DNA from: Azolla caroliniana
Lineage: Eukaryota > Plantae > Polypodiophyta
Direction: 5' to 3'
Assembly (NCBI GenBank): GCA_043228905.1
Contig: JBHGNT010000011.1
Coordinates: forward strand, 12,772,001-12,836,000
DNA: 64,000 nucleotides
Shown: one piece after another, positions 13,695 to 25,800 of the stretch
How positions within the stretch are numbered: position 1 is the first letter of the stretch
Layout: each line of letters begins with the position of its first letter
Position numbers and translations under genes: made by a program
The notes under the pieces: generated by a model
Seen by the model: the letters and a program-made list of their open reading frames with translations, nothing else
What the model was told of the DNA's origin: nothing
Databases searched by the model: none

Positions 13695-14420
13695 CCGGAA
13701 CCCAGACCGGTTTTCTCCAACCAGAACCCAATTTTGGCGCATACCGGTGGATGCGGGGTTAGGTGGGGGCGGATGTCGTGAAGAAAACCGTCCCTTGGCG
13801 CAATCGGTGCATAGCGCGCGTGAACTAGCTCTTCATGTGTGCGCACCCTTAATGTATATAATAGGGAATTAAGTACATAGGCATATTCGGGGTAGTTAGA
13901 TTCGGTAGGTAGGAAGTAAATGGGGGAGACGGCTCCCTTCCTGAAGCTATAAAAGAGAGGGAGACGCAGTGGAGAGGGATCGCGCATTGAGGAGGACGAA
14001 GTGCTGTCGAACCGTAACCGAACGCTTCTCCTCTATCTGTTCTCTATTGCTCTTCTCTGCAGATTTCGGGAGGCTCGCGCTGCTTCGAGGAACGCCCGTG
14101 TGCTTCCAGCATCACCTCCATCCTATCCCCTTTCGTGCGTAGACGATTAGGCATCGACATCTGTTCGCCGGCCTGTTAGGTTGTAACCGCTCGCGTGCTC
14201 TGTTGTGTACTTGTTATTCGTTAATATACAAACACTTGTGTCTCCCTGTCTCTGTGTCCATTTGCGTCTTCTGTGTTGACAGGTCGTGCCCCTGTGTTTC
14301 TTTGCTCATACGTGACCGAGCGTCTCTCTCTTTCTCTTTCCCGTTCTATCACGTGCTCTTCGGTTCAAGACCCCGGTGGTCCCGCCTTGTTTCTCCACGC
14401 ACGCGCGTAGTAATGTGACA

Positions 14421-15858
14421 CCAGAAGCAATGGGACGACCATCAATGACTACTACTGATGCGGGACAAGGAAGTTTTCTTAAGGATATCTGAGAAGCTTG
14501 GGCAAAATTTCGATCCATGAAACAGGAATTAGCTCTAGAATCTAAAAGTGCTAGGACGGGTACTGGGGGAGTACTTTTAGTACTAACAATGACTTGGGCT
14601 AGGAACACATTGCTAACTTGCTTGGAAGGAATGGAACCACTAATGGGTTGTACAGATCTAGGGCTGCTGTCCAACCAAACGGCTCCTATTTTGGCTGGAC
14701 TCAATCGTTTAACTCTTCATCTAATTGACTAAGGATTTCAAATTTATTTGAGATACTTGGGCTATTAGTACTACGAATACTATCAAACACTCTATTAGTA
14801 CTATTAATACTATCAGACACTCTTAAGGGAAGAATTGACTCGGGTTTAGTACAGGCTACAATTTGATTTACCTGTCTTCTTGGCCTATGGGGACAATTGA
14901 TTGCGATATGCCCTGCTCCACCGCAATAAAGACATAATCGATTTGCACGTCGTCGTTGCTTTTCTTCTTCCGATAACGGGCCGCTTCGACGCATGGTATC
15001 GATCTCCATCGGTGTCGAAGTATTTGCTTGAGGAATGTCTCGTGCAAATGGTCTAGCCGCGACTGCGGCGTAATTGGGCTCCGGCCTAGCGCGTGGTATC
15101 TGTAATTGACGTTCCGAACGCCGTTCGAAAAGGCGGTTGTCACATCGGACCGCTCGACTGATTGCCTCCGTAAGAGACTTTGGTTCTTCGGGGAAGGTTA
15201 GAAGTAGATCTTTGACATCATTTCGCAGGCCATAGCGAAACTGCTCCATTAGTGCTTGATCATCCCAGGGTATGTCGGAAGCGAGTAGGCGGAAATCCGC
15301 CGCATAGGCAGAGGCTGGACGATCGCCTTGACGCAATCGCCGGATCTTGTTGATCGCCGTCCTGATGCTGTTGGTGTCTCCGAAGCAGGCTTTGAACTCA
15401 CTAATAAAATCTTCAAAGTTATTAAGCAAGGGCGATTGTTTTTCTAGAAGCGGAGCGAACCATGCTAAGGTTGAGGCGCTAAGCAATGTGCCTATTAAGC
15501 CGACTCGGGATGCATCAGTGGGGTATCGGGAAGGATGCATTTGGAGGACTAATCATACTTGATTAAGGAATCCCCTGAATTGCGATCGTGTTCCATCAAA
15601 TTTCACAGGAAGTCCAATCTTCGGCTCTTTATGAAATCCTTGGGGACTTGATCCTTGTTGTTGTAATGCTGCTTCGAGTTGTTGCACCCGTAACGCTAAC
15701 TCCCCATGTTGTTGCTGCGTTTGTTGCTTTTCTAGAGCGATTTGTTGCAGATCCCCTATCAGCCGTTGGTTTTCTTGTTCCAAGGCAACAAACTTTTCTT
15801 TTAGGCACTGTAACTCGGAGAAAACGGATTGATATTCTTGGGCGCTAACAATAGCCAT
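14421..15858 (-). pseudogene. gag: Chromovirus copy A gag (Ty3-type capsid, CCHC knuckle) and protease N-terminus
   Basis: KFDGTRSQFRGF, LRQGDRPASAYAADF, PMEID, CLYCGGAGHIAINC; ALLDSRANSCFMD. Confidence 0.92.
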
Positions 15859-16639
15859 AGTAGGGGGAAAAGGATAGGAGGATGAGGGAGAACGACAAGT
15901 AGGCTGGAGGAAAGAGGAAGGAAAATTGGTTCAAACTATTAGGAATAGTACTAAAGCAGAGATGGAATTAGTACTAAGAAGAGTAGTACTATTAGTACTA
16001 AGAGGACGGGACTGCGTAAGATTCCCGAGAGAGAGGAAGTGAGAAGAGGAGAGAGAGAGAAATAGGATGATGACAACAACTCTTATATTATATGAAAGAT
16101 AAGTACAAATCGACTAAGAGACTTAAGACTGGTGTTGAACGAATTTGGTTCAAAACAATGCCTTGTGCCTCCTTTTATAGTGTTTTTAGGAATAATCCTG
16201 AAACTTCTAGAATGTTCTAGAGAGATCTGGAATATACATCAATTTTCTATGATAAAACATAAATGAAAATAATATCTTATAAAATACAATTCATAGTCTA
16301 ATGGTAAGAGCTCGACCCATGTAGCATAAGGTCATGGGTTCGAGTCTTGCCATATCATGACAGGCGAGGTATGAGGGTGAAGAAGATTCGCACTCCGACG
16401 AAGAGGATGTTGGCTTAAACTTCTTTATGGTTTCTTGTGCTCAGGTGCTAACAGTGTTCAAAGTAGAAGATTATGAGGGTGAATTCATCGAAATTGGCAA
16501 ATACTTAAGCTCTCTTACAAAAGATGAATTATGGTCAAAGGAAGACTTCTACCGAATTAGGTAGAAGGCCTACAAGTTCTTCCTCAAAGAAGGACATCTA
16601 TGGAAGTTTCCGAAGAAGAAGAATGGAACTCCACTTCGA

Positions 16640-17710
16640 GTGGTGTGCAAGAAACAGGATCAACAAACACTAATTGCTGAATTTCATGATAGTGTGTGGG
16701 CAGGTCATCGTGGTATATGGGCAACATTTGCAAAGCTCAAGGAGAAGTATTGGTGGCCGGGTGTTTACAAAGATGTAGCAAGCTATGTTGAAACATGTGA
16801 GCAATGCCAATTATATTCGAATATTCAACATAGGGATGAACTTCATCCGACATATCCATTATCAATGCACTATAAGTGGTTGGTAGACATAGTGGTTATG
16901 CCAATGGGATTAGGGCAAATGAAATATCTCGTGCTAGCAAGAGAGGATCTCACCAACCAAGTAGAAGGACGGGTGCTAAGGAATAAAACAACTTCGGTGG
17001 TTTGTAAGTTTCTCCTTGAAGATGTTATTTGTCGATATGGATGTGTCGGCAAAATAGTAGCCGATAGGGGAGAATTAGATGCGAATGAAGCTAAAGAGTT
17101 CTTTTTAAGAATAGGCGTCAAATTATCGCTCACCATGGCGTACAACCTGGATGCAAATGGGAAGGTTGAACGAGGACATAATCCGATTGTAAAAGCTCTA
17201 GCAAAGGCTTGCGACGACAAGATGGGGAATTGGCCACGATTACTACCTTATGCATTGTGGGCAGATAGAACTACACATAGCATGACGCGATATATGCCCG
17301 CCGAACTCATATTAGGACAAAAACCAATAATGCCTATTGAGCAAAGTGTTGCTTCGTGGACATCTTTTCCATGGCAAGAGGAAATGAGTCGGGAAGACTT
17401 GCTAGCCACGAGGATTCAACAACTAGAACGGAGGCCTGAAGATGTCGAATTGGCAATAGAACGGTTGCGCCAAGCTCGATTGAAGAACAAGGAGAATTTT
17501 GATAGAAAGCATCGTCTTCGACAAAGAAAAATTGAAGAAGGAGATTGGGTTCTTGTCTATGATAGTAGTCTCGATAATCAATATAGTACTACTCGAAAGT
17601 TTGCGAAACGATGGTTTGGCCCGTATATGGTCAAGAAAATAGAAAGCAATGCAACCTATTTTTTAGCAGAGTTAGATGGAACTCGACTTGCTTTGCCAAT
17701 AGCAGGGTAG
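16640..17710 (+). pseudogene. Integrase (HHCC, DDE core, GPY)
   Basis: HDSVWAGHRG..CEQC; WLVDIV..VADRGE..NGKVER; WFGPY. Confidence 0.92.
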
Positions 17711-18179
17711 AGGATCAAAATCTTTAAGAGAAGAGAGGCCCCAAATCTTGAGATCGAAGCTCTAGATGATGTATCCTCGAACATCGAGGTTGAAGAAGAG
17801 TAATTAAAAAAGAGGAACCTCACCACAATTGGCACATACTGGTGGATGTGCAGGTTTGGTGGGGGTGAATGTCGTGTGTTTTTTCACACACAATATGAAA
17901 ACTAGTAAAATAATTATTTAATATTAGCTTAATGTATTCATATAGATAGGTGTCTTCAAGAGTTTTATAGTGTATTTTACTACGCATGAAACGGATAAAC
18001 AAGTATCAAGCTATGTGAGTGTGAAGTTTGAAGAAGAAGAAAGAAAAGACAAAACTGTGAGATATCCCACATAGATAGGACAACATTGGAACCCAGGATA
18101 TATAATGGAAACCAAAACATATTCATTCTATCAATGTGTGGAACATAGAATGTTCAAGGTGACTTGGCTACATGATGTG

Positions 18180-18700
18180 GTGTGCACGCTTCGGGCATAT
18201 GCACGTATGCACGGCCGTGATTATGCTTTGGGCGTATGCGCGTATGTGCGTATGCATGGTCGTGTTAACGCTTTGGGCGTATGTGCGTATATGCGTATGT
18301 ACGGTCATGTTAACGCTTCGGGTGTATGTGTGTATCCATGGCCACGTGGACGTCTTCGAATGTACGCGCGTGTGCAAGTTTTGGGCGTATGCGTGCACGG
18401 TCGCGTGGACGTTTCGGACGCGTGCATGCGTAGATGCGTACACTACGCGGTCGAGACTTTTATGCGTGGACGCGTCTATGGTTTGGTTGTGACGCACGTA
18501 CGGATTGCGCACGGGCTAAACTTTATGGATGATTGGGTCATTTGGCCGAATTATACGGACAATCGCATGCAACCAAAAGCCAAGGCCATGCAACTAAAAG
18601 TAAAAGGCATGCATCTAAAAATGGAAGCATGCAACTAAAAGCAGAGGCCATGCAACTAAAAATAGAGGCCATCCAACTAAAAGTGGCATGCAAAGTAACA
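18180..18700 (+). repeat. U3 tandem repeats: ~45-bp RY/CpG-rich units followed by ~21-bp CATGCAACTAAAA units
   Basis: Repeated GGGCGTATG..GTATGCA.GGTCGTGTTAACGCTT and GGCCATGCAACTAAAA; C25 run at 18759-18783. Confidence 0.8.
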
Positions 18701-19156
18701 TTGGGGAGGGAGGATAAATGAGGAGCTGGATATATGTCCCATTTTTTCCCTACTAGTTCCCCCCCCCCCCCCCCCCCCCCCCCTTCTTCCTTCTTCTTCC
18801 CTCTGGGTTTTCGAGAAACAAATTATCTCACATATTGATATCAAACTCCTAGCTTTGGGGACTCGATCTTTCTTGTAAAAAATTATCTCTCGTATTCATA
18901 TCAGACCACTCCTTGCATGGTTGTTGGCTCCTTTCTTTGAAAAATTAATCTCTCATTTCCATACCCAACCCATTGTAACACGATTCTGAAATTATAAAGA
19001 ATCGATTTCCTTTTGTAATAAAGGAATGATTTGTCTCTCCCACTTGTCTTATGCTTAAAACTTGATTGTATTGTACGTGTTGCACTAAATCCTTCTAGTC
19101 CAGAACCCCGACGGTTCCGTCTCACGATCCGCACATAGTGACGGATTTTCACAACA

Positions 19157-20219
19157 ACGCCCTGAAGTCGCGCCTCGACAGCCGAAGCGAGTAATCAAAC
19201 CCGTACTTCTCGAGGAGCCGCAACTCGAACTCCTCCCAAGTTTGGCATCCGGCCAGCACCTCGAGCACCTCCGCGTGGATGCTTGGCGTCACCACCTGAG
19301 GGAATCCGGACCACCGTTTGTCCTCCGGTATGTCCCTCATGATCATTTCAGCCTTGTAGGCCTCCAAGTAGCTTGTGGCGTCTTTCCCTCCGAATCGGCC
19401 TATAGTGCCGACGATTGATTCAATGGCTTTGTCGAGGGTACCCGTCCCCTCACGAGCGCTTACCAGCCGGTCGACGGCTACTGCCATTGCCTCTGCTAGC
19501 TCCGATCCCCTCATCTTTCGACTCCTTTGCCGCACTTTCAGGTCGGGTTCACCAATTATGTCGCGAAGTTTCGCGTTCGCGTGTAGGAAGAGGCGGGACC
19601 ACGGGGGTCTTGGACCAAGGAGAGAGTGAGAGAGTTGCAGATACACAGAAGGAAAATGAGAGCAAGAAACATGAATCCGATTACTATATCAACAATTTAC
19701 AACTCGAACAGTTACAACCGGCAAACCGGTAATGGACCTGACAGGGGGTCCTACTCACGCACACAGACGACAACCACTCGACTCGAAGAAACAAAAAGGG
19801 GGAGAGAGAGAGAGAGAGAGAGAGAGCCTCTACTGGAAGCACACGGACTGTCCACGAAGCAGAGGCAACAAACTCCTGACACCCACAGAGAACGACGATC
19901 GGAGGAGAGAGATCTCGGCACTTGGTTCTGCAGCAGCACCTCGTCCTTGCCAACACGTGATCCCTTTCTTTCTTCTCTCCCTCCTTAAATAGTTCGCAAA
20001 GGGGGGACCCTTCTTCCCTAGTCAAACCGCTTTATTCCCTGTCCCTTTCGATAGAGATACACACAAAATCCCCTAATAAATGTGTACTACCTAGTATTTA
20101 CATCAGCCGACCTAGTTATGAATTATGTACAAAATATCAATTCTCGCGTCCACCCATGTAAGAGCCGGTTCATGTGCCTTTTTCTCCGAATCCGCCTATG
20201 GTCGGTTTTCTTCACGACA
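19157..20219 (-). mobile_element. 5' remnant of a Trp-primed Gypsy (E3): LTR 19559-20219, PBS and gag start
   Basis: TGTCGTGAAG...CGCGACA; Trp PBS; MRGSELAEAMAVAVDRLVSAREG..GRFGGKDATSYL; outer flank CCGC. Confidence 0.88.
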
Positions 20220-20905
20220 CCGCGCGTGCCTGTAGAATAAGGCGGGACCACGGGGGTCTTGGAATAGGGAGTAGATGGGAAGACGGGTATGAGCAAAGTG
20301 GAAGAGATTAACACAGTAGAGAAAGTAGAAAGAGACAAGATTTAAGAAGTTATATATATTATGGGCATGAAAGCCTCAATGCGATTACAACTGCGGTCGC
20401 GTGGGCCGGACTCAAAACATAAGTAGAATGTAAACCCTAATCGGATAAGTAAAGAAAGAAATGAAGAAACCCTAAACCGAATAGAAACCCTTGACCTAAG
20501 TGGTATACCTCTTCTCACTCAAAATAGGCAACCCCTTCAATGGTGCCACTTCCTCTCATTTTATAGCATAAGGAGAGGAAGCTGTTACAAAAAAAAGAGA
20601 GACTAAATATCCCCTTCATTCAATGGGGAATATTTTCTTAGATTCTCGGAGGAGGGATTGATGGGGCCTTAACTCCCACTCTTCACACATACTACTATGC
20701 CCCTTACTCACCTCGTACTCCTATGTACCCATCTCTTTCTCATGTGGATGTGCACATAAGTGCACATCACATTTACATTTTAGGAATCTTGTGGTGCATT
20801 TCTTACAATTTACATTTGTTCTTATTAATATTTACAAATACATCATGTGCATGTGCAACGTTGCACACCCCGGTTTTGCCCCTATGGACGAAAATCTTCA
20901 CGACA
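20220..20905 (-). mobile_element. Trp-lineage LTR with its U5 tip cut off by E3
   Basis: Starts TGTCGTGAAGATTTTCGTCC on the minus strand; carries the U5 motif TCCAAGACCCCCGTGGTCCCGCC; outer flank ACGT. Confidence 0.8.
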
Positions 20906-21657
20906 ACGTGCATGCGGAATACCGCGACATCTTTGGTGAACCCGAAGTGAAAGGGCGGCAAGGGAGGATGGAGTTGGAAGACGATGACTTCCCGGAGATG
21001 GTGGCCGAAGTGGTGATGGAGTTTGGTCGAGTGGCGATGAGGCAAGAAGCAGCGCAACAAGCGGCCAAGTGTGTGGTCGAAAGAGTTGGCCGTTTCAATG
21101 GGGACAAAGTCCCATTCTACTTGGAAGCCTACAACGCGGAGGTGGAAGTCGGAGGCTGTCATGAGATGGCAAGACTCGAACCCATGACCTTATGCTACAT
21201 GGGTCGAGCTCTTACCATTAGACTATGAATTGTAATTTGTAGGATATTATTTTCATTTATAATATAATTATCATAGAAAATTGATGTATATTCCAAATCT
21301 CCCTAGAACATTCTAGAAGCTTCAGGATTATTCCTAAAAACATTATAAAAGGAGGCACAAGGCATTGTTTTGAACCAAATTGGTTCAACACCAGTCTTAA
21401 GCCTCTTAGCCGATTTGTACTTATCTTTTCACATAATATAAGAGCTGTTGTCATCATCCTTCTCTCTCTCTCATTCTCGTTATCTCTCTCTCTCTCTCTC
21501 TCTCCTCTTCTCACTTCCTCTCTCGGGAATCTTACGCAGTCCTGTCCCCTTAGTACTAATAGTATTGCTCTTCTTTAGTACTAATTCCATCTCTGCTTTA
21601 GTACTATTCCTGACAGTTTGAACCAATTTTTCCTCCTCCTACCCTTTTCCCTATACT

Positions 21658-22815
21658 ATGGCTACTGTTAGCGCCCAAGAATATCAATCCGTTTTCTCCG
21701 AGCTACAGTGCTTAAAAGAAAAATTTGTTGCCTTGGAACAAGAAAACCAATGGCTGATAGGGGATCTGCAACAAATCGCTCTAGAAAAGCAACAAACGTA
21801 GCAACAACATGGGGAGTTAGTGTTACAGGTGCAACAACTCGAAGCGGCATTGCAACAACAAGGATCAAGTCCCCAAGGATTTCATAAAGAGCCGAAGATT
21901 GGACTTCCTGTGAAATTTGATGGAACGCGATCGCAATTCAGGGGATTCCTTAATCAGGTACGATTAGTCCTCCAAATGCATCCTTCCCGATACCCCACTG
22001 ATGCATCCCGAGTCGGCTTAATAGGCACATTGCTTAGCGGCTCAACCTTAGCATGGTTCGCTTCGCTTCTAGAAAAACAATCGCCCTTGCTTAATAACTT
22101 TGAAGATTTTATTAGTGAGTTCAAAGCCTGCTTTGGAGACACCGACAACATCAGGACGACGATCAACAAGATCCGGCGATTGCGTCAAGGCGATCGTCCA
22201 GCCTCTGCCTACGCGGCGGATTTCCGCCTACTCGTTTCAGACATACCCTGGGATGATCAAGCACTAATGGAGTAGTTTCGCTATGGCCTGCGAAACGATG
22301 TCAAAGATCTACTTCTAACCTTCCCCGAAGAACCAAAGTCTCTTACGGAGGCAATTAGTCGAGCGGTCCGATGTGACAACCGCCTTTTCGAACGGCGTTC
22401 GGAACGTCAATTACAGATACCCCGCGCTAGGCCGGAGCCCACTTACGCCGCAGTCACGGCTAAACCATTTGCACGAGACATACCTCAAGCAAATACTTCG
22501 ACACCGATGGAGATCGATACCATGCGTCGACACGGCCCGTTATCGGAAGAAGAAAAGCAACGACGACGTGCAAATCGATTATGTCTTTATTGCGGTGGAC
22601 CAGGGCATATCGCAATCAATAATCCCCATAGGCCAAGAAGACATGTAAATCAAATTGTAGCCTGTACTAAACCTGAGTCAATTCTTCCCTTAAGAGTGTC
22701 TGATAGTATTAATAGTACTAATAGAGTGTTTGATAGTATTCATAGTACTAATAGCCCAAGTATCTCAAATAAATTTGAAATCCTTAGTCAATTAGATGAA
22801 GAGTTAAACGATTGA
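21658..22815 (+). pseudogene. gag: Chromovirus gag
   Basis: Same motifs as copy A, with internal stops. Confidence 0.92.
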
Positions 22816-25800
22816 GTCTAGCGAAAATAGAAGCCGCTTGGTTGGACAACAGCCCTAGATCTGTACAACCCATTAGTGGTTCCATTCCTTCCAAGCAAGT
22901 TAGCAATGTGTTCCTAGCCCAAGTCATTGTTAGTACTAAAAGTACTCCCCCAGTACCCGTCCTAGCACTTTTAGATTCCGGAGCTAATTCCTGTTTCATG
23001 GATCGAAATTTTGCCCAAGCTTCTCAGATATCCTTAAGAAAACTTCCTTGTCCCGCATCAGTAGTAGTCATTGATGGTCGTCCCATTGCTTCCGGGAATA
23101 TTGTAGAAGAATCAGAACCCATTCAAGTTGTCCTAGGTAGTTTTGTGTGTGTAATATCATTTAATATAATTAGTAGTCCAGAGCATCCCATTGTCCTAGG
23201 ATTACCTTGATTTGAATTACATTATCCAGCCATAGATTGGAGAACAAGAGAAGTCCGATATCGACCACCCCAAGAATCAACTCACCGAGTTTCGACCATT
23301 TCACTCCATCAACTACGCGAGGAAGGACCCAAGGAGGCTATTTGCAATATCAGTACATCCTTCCAACAGTATTAAGAAGGACTCCTCAGTACAACTTCCA
23401 GCAAAATATCATCCTTATACCGATGTATTTGACAAGGTAAAAGCCGGTACCCTTCCTCATCACCGTCCCTATGACTGTCCCATCGATTTACAACCAGGAA
23501 CCGAGCCACCATGGGGACCAATTTACAATTTGTCACCCACCGAGTTAGAAGTCCTTCGAGCCTACATAGTGGAGAACTTGGCAAGCGGGTTCATCCGTCA
23601 TTCGAAATCTCCGGCCGGTGCACCCATCTTCTTTGTCAAGAAGAAAGATGGTTCACTTCGTCTTGTCGTTGATTACCGCGGATTGAATAAAGTCACCATC
23701 CGGAATAGGTATGCACTTCCTCTTATATAAAGTCTTTTAGAGTGAGTTAATGGTGCCAAGTTTTTTACTAAAATCTACCTACGAGGAGTGTATAACCTCG
23801 TGCGGATCCGACCGGGAGATGAATGGAAGACCGCCTTTCGCACGCGGTATGGGCATTTCGAGTATACTGTTATGCCGTTCGGCCTAACCAATGCACCCGC
23901 AGTCTTCCAACACATGGCAAATGATATATTCAGAGACCTCTTGGATATCTGTTTGATCATTTATCTGGATGATCTATTGATTTAGTCGAAGACCCAGGAA
24001 GAGCACGATTCTCATGTACTATTAGTACTAAAGCGACTCCGCGAGAATGGTCTTTATGCCAAGCTAGAAAAATGTAGCTTTGACTGCAAGCAAGTGGAAT
24101 TTCTAGGCTACATCATCTCCGCAAAGGGCATCGCCATGGATCCAGCTAAAATCCAAACTGTACTAGAGTGGCAAATTCCACGGTCGGTACGAGATGTACA
24201 ATGTTTTCTAGGTTTTGCTAACTTCTACCGTAAGTTTATACAGGATTACTCGAAGATTATTTTACCTCTCACACAACTTACAAAGAAGGGCCAAGCATTT
24301 CTTTGGTCCATAGAAGCAGATATGGCTTTTCTGCATCTTAAGAAAGCCTTTACATCAGCACTGATTCTAGCTGATGTGGATACAAGCAAACCATCCATCA
24401 TGGAGGCCGACGCATCAGATTTCGCCCTCGGTAGCATCCTTTCTCAACAAGGAGATAAAGAAGAGTTGCATCCGGTGGCTTTCCATTCGCGCAAATTCGA
24501 TGTCGCAGAAATCAACTACGAAATACATGACAAGGAGTTATTAGCCATCGTGGATTCATTTGTACAATGGCGGCATTTCTTAGAGGGCTCTCCACATCAG
24601 GTCATTGTCTTTAGCGATCATAAAAATCTTACTTATTTTCAAAACGCTTGCGTACTAAATCGACGGCAAGCTCGGTGGGCGCAATTCCTCACGCGTTTCA
24701 ACTTCAAAATCACATATAGACCGGGGAAGCAGCAAGGAAAACCAGATGCACTATCACGGCGTTCATATCTTGCACCTCGTCCTGGTGATGCAACATTTGA
24801 TAATCAAAAGCAAGTAATCTTGGGACCAACACGATTGCACACGACGCGGATTTTTCACACCCTGATGGATTCACGGATTACCGATGACATACGTGCAACC
24901 TTGAAGACGGATAGTTTTGCTCAAGACATCCTGGCGCACATTGATACTTCTCGGGCATCCTGTTCTCGGTCTCAACAACCAGGTATTGACTACAGACAAT
25001 TCGAATATCATGATGGTTTGTTATTCTTTAAAAAGCGCGTATATGTCCCCGATTGCTCCTGTCGCCTTCAAATTGTCTAGCATTGTCACGACACCCATAC
25101 GGCGGGACATTTCGGTAGTACTAAGACGTTGGAGCTAGTGCAACAATCTTTTTGGTGGCCCCACATGCGCCGTTTTGTCGACCACTACGTTCGGACCTGT
25201 GATGCTTGCTGCTGAGCAAAGATGCCACGACACCATCCATATGGCTTGTTGGAACCCTTACCGATTCCAAGTAAGCCGTGGCAGTCTATTTGTCTTGATT
25301 TTATCACAGATCTGCCGGTCTCGAAGGGGTTCGATGCTATCCTAACCGTCGTCGCTCGATATACAAAGATGGCACATTTTGTGCCGTGTACTAAAGCCAT
25401 CACTAGCGAGGAAACTGCCGCCCTTGTTATGCGTGAGGTATTTCGGCATCATGGCTTCCCAGACAGTATCATCAGTGACCGAGGACTGCAATTTGTCTCC
25501 AAATTTTGGCAACATCTCTTCAAGATGCTCAAGGTCTCCTGCAATCTCTCCTCTTGCTACCACCCTCAGACCGACGAGCAGGTGGAACGAACAAACCAAA
25601 CGCTGGAGCAATATCTCTGGTGTTTCCTGAGTTATCAACAAGACGATTGGGCCGAGATTCTCCACTTTGCGGAGTTTGCCTATAATAATGCTATTCACTC
25701 CTCGATTCAAGTCTCCCCATTTTTCGCTTATACCGGTTTCCATCCTCGTTGGTCGGTGATCGACACCCCGGAGCTACCTACCAACCCTCGTGCCGAGGAT

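Larger units (their letters stand above)
7390..14420 (+). mobile_element. Full-length tRNA-Trp-primed non-chromovirus Gypsy (Phygy-like), GC-rich, decayed (element E1)
   Basis: LTRs 7390-8037 and 13774-14420 (roughly 95% identical by eye). PBS TGGTGAACCCGACGTGAA at 8042-8059; PPT GGTGGGGGCGGA; 4-bp TSD CCGG/CCAG, confirmed against the uninterrupted site in chromovirus copy B. Confidence 0.95.
3923..16362 (-). mobile_element. Tcn1-like chromovirus (Ty3/Gypsy) copy A, interrupted by 7390-14420; 3' LTR truncated
   Basis: 5' LTR 15937-16362 and partial 3' LTR 3923-4085 match the LTRs of copy B. PPT AAGGGGGAGATAG at 4086-4098. Domain order gag-PR-RT-RH-INT-chromodomain. Confidence 0.93.
16363..19156 (+). 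mobile_element. 3' remnant of a Trp-lineage Gypsy (E2): integrase, PPT and ~1.29-kb 3' LTR (17870-19156)
   Basis: ORF 16640-17710 is homologous to E1 integrase. Pre-PPT hairpin and GGTGGGGGTGAA are followed by TGTCGTG; the LTR ends TTCACAACA, followed by ACGC. Confidence 0.88.

Noticed and set aside
16286-16360. Functional tRNA genes in LTRs (also 35034, 35199, 31440)
   Set aside because: No acceptor stem or anticodon arm can be folded; only the A/B boxes and their spacing remain.
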